Assembly: GCA_965214095.1 (NCBI GenBank)
Contig: OZ243938.1
Coordinates: forward strand, 1,554,197 to 1,618,196
Reading direction: 5' to 3'
Length of the DNA: 64,000 nucleotides
Source: Candidatus Poribacteria bacterium
Lineage (GTDB): Bacteria > Poribacteria > WGA-4E > WGA-3G
Shown here piece after piece: positions 29,119-39,774 of this stretch. The notes beneath the pieces are model-generated. The model ran no database searches. It had not been told where the DNA came from and saw only the letters and a list, made by a program, of their open reading frames with translations. The translations under genes were made by a program, and so were the position numbers. Positions within the stretch are counted from its first letter, which is position 1, and each line of letters begins with the position of its first letter.

Positions 29119-31089
29119 TTGAAAAACAGAGAACCCATAACACCTTCAATTAGACCTATCCACGACACGGATGTAACAACATGGGAACTCCCCGAAGGGG
29201 CAATTGCCCGGTTGGGGCGGGGTGGAATTATGGGTAATATCATTCACGCACCTGATGGAAAGCACTTTGTTGTTCCAAGTTCCATAGGAGTCTGGTGGTA
29301 CAATATATCTACAATGACACCTAATGCACTAATGGACACAGACAGAGGATACATTACTGCTATCTCATTTTCTCCAAATGGTAAAAGGCTTGCAACAGGT
29401 GATGGAGACGGTCTGGTCAAAGTATGGGATGTACAGAATGGTGTCAACATCGCGCAGATGGATCGGGATGAAAATGAGAAACCCTACCATTGTGTTTCCC
29501 GATTCGCATTTTCATCTGATAGTCAGTTTATTGCAGCTTCCAGTTTCCGTGATTATATCCTATACATCTGGAACACTGAAACGGGCAAACAAATTGGCAA
29601 ATTCCACGATAATACCAATTATAGGTGGTGGCCTACTCTGCTACGTCCTATTGCCTTCTCTCCGGATGGCAGTTTGATAGCGTGTACAATGCCTGATGAG
29701 GGTCTATTCGCACATGCAGATCGTCGTGGAACGATCCGTACTCCCAATCATTCTTCCAACTATATTTCTGTATGGAATATAAAAACAAGTGAACAAATAG
29801 CATGTATTACAGAACATCCTGATTTTGTTAATAGTATTGTCTTTTCTCCTTGTGGAAAGTTTCTTATCTCTGGAGGAAGAGATGGAACAGTGAGGGTGTG
29901 GTCAGTTGAAACTTGGAAGATGCTCCATTCATTTAATAATCTTGGAACAGAACGGAAACAACTCTTCTATTCACCTAAAAGTGAATTGTTTGCTAAAGAA
30001 GCCTCTAAGGATAATTTCACTGTATGGAATGTATATGAAGGTCAAAAAACCGACACATACCTTGAAGAACATCGAAATATTCAAATCCCATATTCCACAA
30101 AGGAAGCACCATTTATTGTAGCCGATGAGAACGAATTTAGAGTGTGGAAAGTCGGTGATACTCAACCACATACTTTTGTTCATTCACACATAGAATTCTC
30201 TGATTCAGTAGTATTCACAGAGGATGGAAAAACACTCGCAGGGGCAATTCGAGAAAATGGTATTATGTTGTGGGATATGACTAAACCATCATTTCCGCTA
30301 ACACATTTGAATATATCTGGTAACAAGAAAATTGTTTCTTCGTTTGGTTCAGAAAAGATTTCTGTTATGGGTATAGAGGGGAACGCAGCTAAAGTATGGG
30401 TGTCTGGAGAGAGTCAACCAAGACATATATTCACACTTCCTAACGGAAAAGAAGAAGCGACATCAGCAGCATTCGCACAGGTAGAGAACCTGTTAGTTTG
30501 CAGTGGAACACAAAATAAACTCTACATATGGAACACTCAAACGAAAGAAATATTACATACACTCACACCAGATTTATCGGATGAAGATTCCATAGCATAT
30601 TTGGAATTTAGTCCAGATGCAAAACTACTTTTCAGTGTCTCGGGACGGGGTCCCAGAACCTATCTATGGCAAGTTGAAACAGGAGAGATAATTGATACTT
30701 TCACCTATAATACCAGAGTCATTACTTTTTCCCCATGTAGTTCAATAATAGCTTGTGCAGTACCCCCAGGAATTATATTATGGGATGTAAATCGTTCTGA
30801 AACCGTCATCGCAATGCCTGAGAAGGAAGAAGATTTTCTTGTAGCATTGTCATTTTCTCCATGCGGAAGATATTTAGTTTCCGGTTCAAATTGGCAGCAA
30901 CGTATGAATATAAAGAAAGTGGCTATTCGGTTATGGGAGGTTGCAAGTGGCAAAAACATTGCCACTTTTAGAGGACACCCAACTGATATTCAGTCATTGG
31001 CTTTCTCCCCAGATGGTAAACTGTTAGCCAGCGCAAGTTTTGATGGTACCATCCTCCTCTGGGATATGAAACCCTTTATTAACTCTTAG
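29119..31089 (+). CDS. WD40 repeat protein, array member W2.
   Basis: The start is a TTG 7 nt after AAGGAG. It has the conserved N- and C-terminal modules (IHDTDVTTWELPEGAIARLGRG ... ILLWDMKPFINS). Confidence 0.8.
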   Translation: MKNREPITPSIRPIHDTDVTTWELPEGAIARLGRGGIMGNIIHAPDGKHFVVPSSIGVWWYNISTMTPNALMDTDRGYITAISFSPNGKRLATGDGDGLVKVWDVQNGVNIAQMDRDENEKPYHCVSRFAFSSDSQFIAASSFRDYILYIWNTETGKQIGKFHDNTNYRWWPTLLRPIAFSPDGSLIACTMPDEGLFAHADRRGTIRTPNHSSNYISVWNIKTSEQIACITEHPDFVNSIVFSPCGKFLISGGRDGTVRVWSVETWKMLHSFNNLGTERKQLFYSPKSELFAKEASKDNFTVWNVYEGQKTDTYLEEHRNIQIPYSTKEAPFIVADENEFRVWKVGDTQPHTFVHSHIEFSDSVVFTEDGKTLAGAIRENGIMLWDMTKPSFPLTHLNISGNKKIVSSFGSEKISVMGIEGNAAKVWVSGESQPRHIFTLPNGKEEATSAAFAQVENLLVCSGTQNKLYIWNTQTKEILHTLTPDLSDEDSIAYLEFSPDAKLLFSVSGRGPRTYLWQVETGEIIDTFTYNTRVITFSPCSSIIACAVPPGIILWDVNRSETVIAMPEKEEDFLVALSFSPCGRYLVSGSNWQQRMNIKKVAIRLWEVASGKNIATFRGHPTDIQSLAFSPDGKLLASASFDGTILLWDMKPFINS

Positions 31090-31227
31090 ACATTCCTTAT
31101 CAATTCATTTATAGCATAGCATAACAATACCGGTTGGATTACACAACTCTATCAGTCAATTTCACATTACATATCGTAGTGCGAAGTTACCGAACCTCGC
31201 AAGCCATAAAACAATAAAGGAGAATTG

Positions 31228-33222
31228 ATGGAAACCACAAAAACACAAACAACCACCCCTTTTCACTTTGATGATAGCAAAGTATGTAATTGGACACTTC
31301 CCGAAGGTGCAATCGCTCGATTAGGACGTGGAAGTGTACGTGATATGGAATTTTCACCGGATGGACAGTACTTCGCTGTTGGAACAACAATAGGACTTTG
31401 GATGTATCAACTTTCAACACTTTCCCCAATCACGCTCTGGGAAACTGATAGAGGATATATTGAAAGTGTTACATTCTCACCTGATGGTCGATGGATTGCT
31501 TCAACTACACTTAACGAAGCACTCAGGGTGTGGGATATCCAGAACAAGAGTTGTATTACTGAGATGGAATTTAAGGAGAAACATACCAATTTCGGAATTG
31601 ACAAACCTGTTTTTTCCGCAGATGGAGACTGTCTTGTTGCATTTAATGTGAACAACAAGGTTTATTTTTTGTGTCCTCGCACCGGTACGAAAATGAGAGA
31701 AACAGAAATCAAAGTAAATGGAACAGAAAACGAAACAATTGATGGGATCTATCCCACTTGTTTTTCTCCGGATATCAGTTTGTTGGCAGGTGCGTGTTGC
31801 GATCATAGAAACCGTACCGTTGAATTCATTGCACTGTGGGATGTGGAGACAGGTGAACAAGTCACTCGTCTTGAATGGACTGAAAGATGGGGTAACCTCT
31901 GTTTTTCACCGTGTGGAAGGTTTCTTGCTGCCGGCAGTTCAGAGGGTAAAATTCATGTGTGGGATGTGGAAAGTGGAAGTCTGATTGCAAGCTATTCTGA
32001 CTATGGAGATGCACGGATGACACCACATTATCCCTCGGAAGGTGGATTGATTGCAACTATGGTTTTTCCATCTGAACCCAAAATTGAAGTCTGGGATTTA
32101 GAAAGAAACGAAAAAATGGCGACGTTCGAAAAAGGGAGCAAACATAGTTTTGTCCGTTTTTCGAAAGATGACACAAAATTTGCATATACTGATGATGGGG
32201 AAATCAAATTCTGGACAAAAGAAAAACCCATCTCGAAATTACTGCCGAGTATTAAAGGACATACACGTCCAGTCAGTTCATTAGTCTATGCAACAGATGA
32301 GAAAACGCTTGTGGCTACGTACTGGGGGTGGAAAGCACTTTTTTGGGATGTTCCACGCAGACGAGGACAACGTCCAACTGGAACAGATTTACCCACAAGT
32401 AAAACACTTCATCTCTATCAGGACAATGAGGGGAAAGTATATGCAACGGGTGGAGACAGTGCCTACCTAAGAGTGTGGAAGAATGGCAATAGTGAATCAA
32501 TCACCGATATTCCAATACATGAGCAAAAACTGCAATCAATCACAGGTAGTGAGGCGTTCGCATTAACAGCAGACCGGATAGCGCGGGCAGATAGAGATCA
32601 TAACATCTATGTATGGATGTGTAAATCGAAATCAAATAGTAGTGATAATAAAAAGGACTGGATATTGCAAGTAAATCTGACCGGACATACAGAATACATT
32701 GAAGCTTTGGCATTTAGTCCTGACGCAAAACAACTCGTGAGTATATCGCGAGATAAAACTGCCAGATTATGGGATGTTGAATCAGGAGAACAGATCATAC
32801 AACTACCTTTAACCCCGCCTTCAAGTCCCAGACGATACCGAAGTTATGACAGAGGTATTACATTTTCACCTCGTGGAGACTTAATTGCAGGTGGACAGTG
32901 GGGAGAGATAGTGCTGTGGAATGCGACAGATGGAAAAATCTATAGGACAATTCCACAACCAGAAGGAAATCAGCGACCGATTACATTATGTTTTTCACCA
33001 TGTGGGGAGTATCTCCTTTCCGGTTCATGGTGGCAAGGTGGTTTGCAGAAAGTGCCTATCCGTTTGTGGAAAGTAGCGACAGGTGAGAATATTGCCACGT
33101 TTTCTGGACACACTACAGACGTTCAGTGTTTTGCATTTAATCAGGATTGCACTGTTCTCGCCAGCGGTGGATATGATGGGGTAATATTCCTCTGGGATTT
33201 GAAACCGTATATCAATTCATAA
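31228..33222 (+). CDS. WD40 repeat protein, array member W3.
   Basis: The ATG follows AAGGAG. It has the N-terminal motif NWTLPEGAIARLGRG and the C-terminus IFLWDLKPYINS. It is a close paralog of W4. Confidence 0.8.
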   Translation: METTKTQTTTPFHFDDSKVCNWTLPEGAIARLGRGSVRDMEFSPDGQYFAVGTTIGLWMYQLSTLSPITLWETDRGYIESVTFSPDGRWIASTTLNEALRVWDIQNKSCITEMEFKEKHTNFGIDKPVFSADGDCLVAFNVNNKVYFLCPRTGTKMRETEIKVNGTENETIDGIYPTCFSPDISLLAGACCDHRNRTVEFIALWDVETGEQVTRLEWTERWGNLCFSPCGRFLAAGSSEGKIHVWDVESGSLIASYSDYGDARMTPHYPSEGGLIATMVFPSEPKIEVWDLERNEKMATFEKGSKHSFVRFSKDDTKFAYTDDGEIKFWTKEKPISKLLPSIKGHTRPVSSLVYATDEKTLVATYWGWKALFWDVPRRRGQRPTGTDLPTSKTLHLYQDNEGKVYATGGDSAYLRVWKNGNSESITDIPIHEQKLQSITGSEAFALTADRIARADRDHNIYVWMCKSKSNSSDNKKDWILQVNLTGHTEYIEALAFSPDAKQLVSISRDKTARLWDVESGEQIIQLPLTPPSSPRRYRSYDRGITFSPRGDLIAGGQWGEIVLWNATDGKIYRTIPQPEGNQRPITLCFSPCGEYLLSGSWWQGGLQKVPIRLWKVATGENIATFSGHTTDVQCFAFNQDCTVLASGGYDGVIFLWDLKPYINS

Positions 33223-33316
33223 CATTCCTCGTCAATTCTCTTGGTCAAATTCGCAATTCATCTCAACGTGCAAGATTAACGAATCTCGCCATTTATTAGA
33301 GTAAGGAGACATCATT

Positions 33317-35326
33317 ATGAAAAATGAAACCACATCAACCCCAGTACTTAGACCACATGATGACACAGATGTAACAACATGGGAACTGCCCGAAGGGGCA
33401 ATTGCTCGATTGGGACGGGGTGGTCTGAGGGATATGGCATTTTCACCAGATGGACATCATTTTGCAGTCGGAACGAACATAGGACTCTGGATATACGAAC
33501 TTTCCACGCTGTCCCCGATCGCGCTGTGGGAAACGGATAGGGGATATATTGATAGTGTTACATTTTCACCAGATGCTCAATGGCTTGCCGCATATACATA
33601 TCAGCAAGCACTCAGAGTATGGGACATCCAAAATCAAGTGTGTGTTGCAGAGATGGAGTTGCCGAAAGGACGAAAAGGGCAGATTCGTTTGTCTAATATG
33701 AAACCGATCTTTTCTCAAGATGGAGAAGAACTCTTCGCTTTCAATTATTTCATCGGGAGGGTTTATATCTGGTGTCCACGAACTGGCGCGTTAAAAAATG
33801 AAATAGAGATAAAATTAAGTGATACTGACATCAAATCCATAAATGCCATCTATCCAAGCTACTTTTCTCCAGATTTGAGTTTGTTGGCAGGCACTTGTTA
33901 CGATCATAGTGACCGTACCGCTGAATTCATTGCAGTGTGGCAGGTAGAAACGGGAGAACAAATCGCTCGTCTTGATTGGACTGAAAGGTGGGGTCGTCAT
34001 TGCTTTTCGCCGTGTGGACGATTTTTTGCTACCACTGGCTCAGAAGGAAGATTACATGTGTGGAACGTGGAGACTGGAAACCTTGAGGAAACCTATACCG
34101 ATCACGAGGATACTCAAATACATCCATATTATACACCGGAAGGTGAATTAATAGCCGCGGTAGTCTTTCCATCTCAGCCTAAACTTGAAGTCTGGAATTT
34201 AAAAAAAGGTGAAAAAATTGACACATGTGAACATCAGAGTCAGGGAAGTTCTGTTCGTTTTTCGACGAGTGGTACACAATTCGCCTACACTGATAGAGGT
34301 GAAATCAAAATCTGGATAGAAGGTAGCCCCATCGCTCAAGCATGCCCGACTATTCAGGGGCACACTGGGACTGTCGGTTCATTAGTCTTCGCACCGGATA
34401 AAAAAACGTTAGTGACTGCCTACTGGGGTAGGAACACGGTTTTATGGGATGTTTCAAGTCAGTGTGCCCGATATCCAACCGAAAAAGAACTACCCAATAG
34501 TATACGTGATGTTTACCCGACTTCAATCGGGACAATCTTTGCTGTTGGCGGAGACGAAAAAACATTAGAAGTATGTGAGTTTGGAAGCGGTGAATCCATC
34601 GCTGAAATTCCTATTCCTGAATCCGGGTTGTTATTGGGAACGGGGACCGATGCGTCAGCACTGACAGCTCAACGGTTGGCACGTGCTGGTAAAGATCGCA
34701 ACATCTATGTGTGGGAGTACACACCTTCATCTAATGAAATAAACGAAGGAGGAAACTGGGAAAAGTGTGCCGTCCTTATAGGACACGCAGAATATGTTAA
34801 TGCGTTGGCATTGAGTCCCGATGGAAAGCGGCTCGCAAGTATCCCTATAGTGCGTCGTCCACAAAAACGAACCGCTCTATTATGGGATGTTGATGCTGAA
34901 GAACAGATTACTCAGTTACCCCTAACTACACCGGAACGGGGAGGATATAACAGTTACCAGACGGGGATAACGTTTTCACCAGATGGTAACATAATCGCTG
35001 GTGGATTTTGGAACGAGATTGTTTTGTGGGATGCAACAGATGGAAAAACGCTTATGACGATTCCTCAATCGGAAGAGAATCAGCGACCAATTACACTTCG
35101 TTTCACGCCGTGCGGCCAATATTTGGTTGCGGGTGCTTGGTGGAAAGGTGGACTAAAAAAGACATCCATCTGTTTATGGGAAGTCGCAACAGGTAAGAGG
35201 ATCACCACGTTTAAGGGACATACCACTGATGTACAGTGCTTTGCATTTTCGCAGGACTGTACCGTTCTTGCAAGTGGTGGACATGATGGTGCGATTTACC
35301 TTTGGGATCTGAAACCTTATCTGTAG
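33317..35326 (+). CDS. WD40 repeat protein, array member W4.
   Basis: AAGGAG lies 7 nt before the ATG. It has DDTDVTTWELPEGAIARLGRG ... IYLWDLKPYL. Confidence 0.8.
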   Translation: MKNETTSTPVLRPHDDTDVTTWELPEGAIARLGRGGLRDMAFSPDGHHFAVGTNIGLWIYELSTLSPIALWETDRGYIDSVTFSPDAQWLAAYTYQQALRVWDIQNQVCVAEMELPKGRKGQIRLSNMKPIFSQDGEELFAFNYFIGRVYIWCPRTGALKNEIEIKLSDTDIKSINAIYPSYFSPDLSLLAGTCYDHSDRTAEFIAVWQVETGEQIARLDWTERWGRHCFSPCGRFFATTGSEGRLHVWNVETGNLEETYTDHEDTQIHPYYTPEGELIAAVVFPSQPKLEVWNLKKGEKIDTCEHQSQGSSVRFSTSGTQFAYTDRGEIKIWIEGSPIAQACPTIQGHTGTVGSLVFAPDKKTLVTAYWGRNTVLWDVSSQCARYPTEKELPNSIRDVYPTSIGTIFAVGGDEKTLEVCEFGSGESIAEIPIPESGLLLGTGTDASALTAQRLARAGKDRNIYVWEYTPSSNEINEGGNWEKCAVLIGHAEYVNALALSPDGKRLASIPIVRRPQKRTALLWDVDAEEQITQLPLTTPERGGYNSYQTGITFSPDGNIIAGGFWNEIVLWDATDGKTLMTIPQSEENQRPITLRFTPCGQYLVAGAWWKGGLKKTSICLWEVATGKRITTFKGHTTDVQCFAFSQDCTVLASGGHDGAIYLWDLKPYL

Positions 35327-35344
35327 AATACAAGGAGATGTTTT

Positions 35345-37354
35345 ATGGAAAACAGAAAACCTATAATCCCTACATTTAGACCTTACCAAGACGCAGATGT
35401 GACAACTTGGGGACTGCCCGATGGAGCAATTGCACGGTTAGGACGAGGCGTTATACGCGATATTGCAATTTCTTCAGAAAAAAGGATTTTTGCTGTTGCT
35501 ACTCACATCGGAACATGGATATATGAACTTGATACAAAGCAACCCGTTGCATTATTGGATACCGAAAGAGGTATGGTTAGTAACGTCGCTCTTTCTGGCA
35601 ATGGTCAGTGGATTGCCACCAGTAATTGGGACTGTATCATTAAAGTACAAGAAACAGATACCCAACAGTGTGTTGCCAAAATACAAGGATGGTACAAAAA
35701 CACCTCCCAACTCACCTTCTCACCTGACAATCAATATATTGCCGCAACGGGTTATGGATACGGAGACGTATATATGTGGCACACACAATCCGGGAAACAT
35801 GTCGCAAGTTTCAGGTTGGAAGGTAGGGTGGAAGGGAAACGTAAGAAAGATGAAAGGTACCCCACCCGTTACCCAATCTGCTTTTCACCTGATGGGCAGC
35901 TGCTGGCTTATGCTTCTGATAAGTTCACTCTCACTGTCCGACACCTAAAATCGCAACAACGTATCGCATCTTTGCCTACAACTCTTCATCTATCCAGTCA
36001 ATGTTATGTATATGGTCTCGTTTTCTCACCATGTAGTCAGTTTCTTGCTGCAAGTGTTCAAGATCTCAATACAGAAAAAAACATTGAGGTGCAAGTGTGG
36101 AATATCAATAAAGAGACCTTAGAGACAACATACACAGACATCGGTGGAACTCGAGTGCTTCCTGCATATACCCCCGAAAATGCCTTACAAGTTGCTGTTA
36201 CCTATAAAAATAAGATCGTCATGTTAGATGGGTCTCAAGGAGAAAAACTTGACTCCATTGAATACCAAACTACTCCTAAAGCAGTCAATGTTTCTTCTGA
36301 TGGACAACTGTGGGTGATCATTACTTCGCATCAGATCAACGTATGGCAGGCAGATTCATCCATCACAGTAATTCCAATCGAAGAACCTTCTTCACCATCC
36401 AATGCTATGTTTTTCTCTCAATCGGATAATATGTTGATATGCAAGTACTGGAGCGAAAGTAGTATTGTCTTTTGGGATATTGGTAAGAAACAGAGGATTC
36501 GACCACCGATTATGGTAAATAGTAACGGCAAAAAGTGTGCCCTGTCACCCTGTGAAAATTTGTTGGCTCTCATAGGAGAAGATATGCAGACGCTTGAAGT
36601 CTGGAATATCGCATCAGGAACTCAAATAGCAGAACTCTCCGAACATAAGAGTTCAATTTCTGCCATGGCCTTTTCACCTTCAGGTCAACACCTCATCAGC
36701 GGTGATACTGATGGAAATCTTGTTGTGTGGAGTGTCCAGCGATGGGAAAAGCAGTACGCATTCATCGCTCATACAGATGTAATTAAAGCTATAGCCATTC
36801 ACCCAAATTGTCAGAAATTTGCAACCGTCGAATGGGATGGTCCTGTCCATTTGTGGGATGTTACGAGTGGGAAACAACTTGGATCACCAAGTGTAGACTT
36901 CACTTTAGCTGATACATCTCTGTATAAAGGAGATGCACGTGAAATCCATCGTCATATCAATCAAAGTTCAAAAACGGAATGGATCAATTCCATTGCATTT
37001 TCTCCATGTGGTACATTTATTGCAGGTGGACTTTATGGAGAAGTGCGCTTCTGGGATTCAGCAACTTTAGAACCCTACATGGGGTTGATTCTACCCGAAA
37101 GTTGCTGGCGTGTCGGCAAGGTAGTATTTTCCCCATGTGGAAGGTATCTTGTCTCAGGTACTTGGTGGAACAAAACAGACAAAGTCTCCATCCGAATATG
37201 GGAAGTTGCTACTGGAGAAAACATCCATACATTCTGGGGACATCCATCAGATATTCAAAATCTCGCTCTTTCAAAGGGTGGAGAACTCTTGGCAAGTAGT
37301 AGTTATGAGGGCACTATCTTGCTATGGGATCTTAAACCGTATATCAGCACATAA
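35345..37354 (+). CDS. WD40 repeat protein, array member W5.
   Basis: AAGGAG RBS. It has QDADVTTWGLPDGAIARLGRG ... ILLWDLKPYIST. It is a paralog of W10. Confidence 0.8.
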   Translation: MENRKPIIPTFRPYQDADVTTWGLPDGAIARLGRGVIRDIAISSEKRIFAVATHIGTWIYELDTKQPVALLDTERGMVSNVALSGNGQWIATSNWDCIIKVQETDTQQCVAKIQGWYKNTSQLTFSPDNQYIAATGYGYGDVYMWHTQSGKHVASFRLEGRVEGKRKKDERYPTRYPICFSPDGQLLAYASDKFTLTVRHLKSQQRIASLPTTLHLSSQCYVYGLVFSPCSQFLAASVQDLNTEKNIEVQVWNINKETLETTYTDIGGTRVLPAYTPENALQVAVTYKNKIVMLDGSQGEKLDSIEYQTTPKAVNVSSDGQLWVIITSHQINVWQADSSITVIPIEEPSSPSNAMFFSQSDNMLICKYWSESSIVFWDIGKKQRIRPPIMVNSNGKKCALSPCENLLALIGEDMQTLEVWNIASGTQIAELSEHKSSISAMAFSPSGQHLISGDTDGNLVVWSVQRWEKQYAFIAHTDVIKAIAIHPNCQKFATVEWDGPVHLWDVTSGKQLGSPSVDFTLADTSLYKGDAREIHRHINQSSKTEWINSIAFSPCGTFIAGGLYGEVRFWDSATLEPYMGLILPESCWRVGKVVFSPCGRYLVSGTWWNKTDKVSIRIWEVATGENIHTFWGHPSDIQNLALSKGGELLASSSYEGTILLWDLKPYIST

Positions 37355-37449
37355 ATATGCCTTGTCATTTCTCTTGGTCAATTTCTTGAACAACTTAATT
37401 TGTAACATTAACGACTCTCGCCATTTATAAGTGTAAAGGAGACATCATT

Positions 37450-39642
37450 TTGAGAAACAAACACACTTCAACTCCCGCTCTGCGACCACTTAACGACACA
37501 GATGTAACAACTTGGGAACTCCCTGAAGGCGCAATTGCTCGTTTAGGCAGAGGGCAGATAGGCAAAATAGCATTTTCACCCGATGGGACACATCTTGCTG
37601 TTCCAACACGTATCGGTTGTTGGTTGTATGACCTTGATACGATGACAAACCGCGCATTATGGGGAACAGAGCGTGGGATGGTCGCAACCATCTCATTTTC
37701 TGACGATGCACAATGGGTTGCTACCAGCGACTGGGATGGTGTTGTGAAGATATGGAACACGCAAAACCTACAATGTGTCGCAGAAATAGATGTGCCCGAG
37801 GATTCGAGAGCTGTAAGAGTCGCGGCTACCAATGTCACCTTTTTGCCTGATAGACAACACTTAGCCATGTACTATTGTGACACATATTCCGACCAGACTC
37901 CAAGATACTATGACAGACAGTGTGCCGTTTACGACTGGCGTACAGACATCGACACGCCTATCAAAAGCTACACAATAAAATCTGGGCGGGAAGGAGGCAA
38001 CGTTGCTCCCAAAGTAATTTCATCAGATGGCAGCCTCTTTGCATACACGTCTGATGCAAACATGACATCCGTCATTTGTATGGAAACTAAGGAACTGATT
38101 GCAGAACTTCACGATGACTACACCGAAGAATCTGTAAGTGGATGTGACAGACTCGTTTTTTCTCCCTGTGGAGAGTATCTCGCCGCCTGTAACAGGGGAA
38201 ACAAGGTGCATATATGGAATATACATAATGGCACCTTGGAAATGGCACCTACCACTTATGGTGAAAATCACTACATAATGTTTGGCATACCTTCTTATAC
38301 GAAGGATGGGACCTTACAGGTTGCTGGTATCGGTGGCATGAAAGTCGTGTTATGGGATGCAGCTCAACAGGAGACAATAGATACTTTTGAATCTTGGAAT
38401 CCGTCTAATATCAGTGCATGTTTTTCAAAAGATGGCACACGTTTTGCTGTTGCTAATGCACGCGGAGAACTCCATGTCTGGACAGAAGGGGCAGCAGCAC
38501 TTGCATCTCTCCCTGTACATCATCAGAACGCCGGTTCAGTAAGTTTTTCTAAAGATGGTCGTACACTGGTAAGTACACACCGGACCCATTCCGCAGTCTG
38601 TGTATGGAATGTTACAAGCCGACAGGTTAAACGCACATTCCACTTTGAGAACAGGAACCCCAATATACCCGGTGGCATTGTTACCTCACCCGGTGGGGAA
38701 CTATTGGCAATCAACAAAGCAAAGGAAGATTCAATTAGTGTTTGGCATCTTCCATCTGACACACAAGTCACAGAATTCACCGGAAAAAAATTGAGAGTCA
38801 GAAAAATGGTGTTCTCACCAACTGGGGAATATCTTGTGAGTGTAAACAATCTTACCTCTATTAAAGTTTGGCATGTTGCATCCGGTACACAAGTCACTGA
38901 ACTTCCCAAAAGTCCATCTTCACATGTGTTCAAGATAGGGTTCTCACCTACAGGGGCATACTTCGTTGTCATCTATGGAGATAGTATCGCTGTGTGGGAT
39001 GTGCAGCAATGGGAAAAACACTATCACGCACCACTAACACCACAAACATATCCGGGCTGGAAGTTGCATTTTGATTTGGATGGTAAGCAGTTTTACACTC
39101 GTCCTCCAAGAGGAGCTGCTATAGTCTGGAATTTCAAAAGCGACGAACAAATCGGATTGCTTGATATTGAACCATGTATAGATACTTCTATATATAAAGG
39201 CATGCTACAAGACCTTCAACGTGCCCAAGAGCGTCAGAGGGAAGGTCCCCGTCGCATTAGAGCACTCCAGACTTCTACTTGTCATGACATTATCGCTGGT
39301 GGAATGTGGGGTGAAATTAGACTTTGGGACGCAACTACCTTCAAAACGCTGATGGCACTAATTCAACCTACAGGATATCAAGCACCCTACGCGCTCGCAT
39401 TTTCACCATGTGGTAAATACCTTGCCTCTGGTTCTCGATGGGACCCGAAATGGGAAAAGGGACAGCAAAAAACCTCCGTCCGTTTGTGGGATATTGCCAC
39501 GTGTGAAAATTTTCACACCTTCTGGGCACACCCTACTGATATATTATCGGTCAATTTTTCACCGGATGGCAAACTGCTGGCAAGTAGTAGTTATGATGGC
39601 ACCATCCTCCTTTGGGATGTAAAACCCTTTATAAGTGCTTAA
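37450..39642 (+). CDS. WD40 repeat protein, array member W6.
   Basis: The start is a TTG after AAAGGAGA. It has LNDTDVTTWELPEGAIARLGRG ... ILLWDVKPFISA. Confidence 0.8.
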   Translation: MRNKHTSTPALRPLNDTDVTTWELPEGAIARLGRGQIGKIAFSPDGTHLAVPTRIGCWLYDLDTMTNRALWGTERGMVATISFSDDAQWVATSDWDGVVKIWNTQNLQCVAEIDVPEDSRAVRVAATNVTFLPDRQHLAMYYCDTYSDQTPRYYDRQCAVYDWRTDIDTPIKSYTIKSGREGGNVAPKVISSDGSLFAYTSDANMTSVICMETKELIAELHDDYTEESVSGCDRLVFSPCGEYLAACNRGNKVHIWNIHNGTLEMAPTTYGENHYIMFGIPSYTKDGTLQVAGIGGMKVVLWDAAQQETIDTFESWNPSNISACFSKDGTRFAVANARGELHVWTEGAAALASLPVHHQNAGSVSFSKDGRTLVSTHRTHSAVCVWNVTSRQVKRTFHFENRNPNIPGGIVTSPGGELLAINKAKEDSISVWHLPSDTQVTEFTGKKLRVRKMVFSPTGEYLVSVNNLTSIKVWHVASGTQVTELPKSPSSHVFKIGFSPTGAYFVVIYGDSIAVWDVQQWEKHYHAPLTPQTYPGWKLHFDLDGKQFYTRPPRGAAIVWNFKSDEQIGLLDIEPCIDTSIYKGMLQDLQRAQERQREGPRRIRALQTSTCHDIIAGGMWGEIRLWDATTFKTLMALIQPTGYQAPYALAFSPCGKYLASGSRWDPKWEKGQQKTSVRLWDIATCENFHTFWAHPTDILSVNFSPDGKLLASSSYDGTILLWDVKPFISA

Positions 39643-39774
39643 AGCCATTCATGTCAATTCACCGATAGTATATCGGCTGCTGCTGGCATAGTGAACTCAC
39701 CCAACCAACTTCGTAATAAGCATGCTAGACACTTAAACCTCAAACACTTTTTGGCAACAACAGGAGGCACTTTT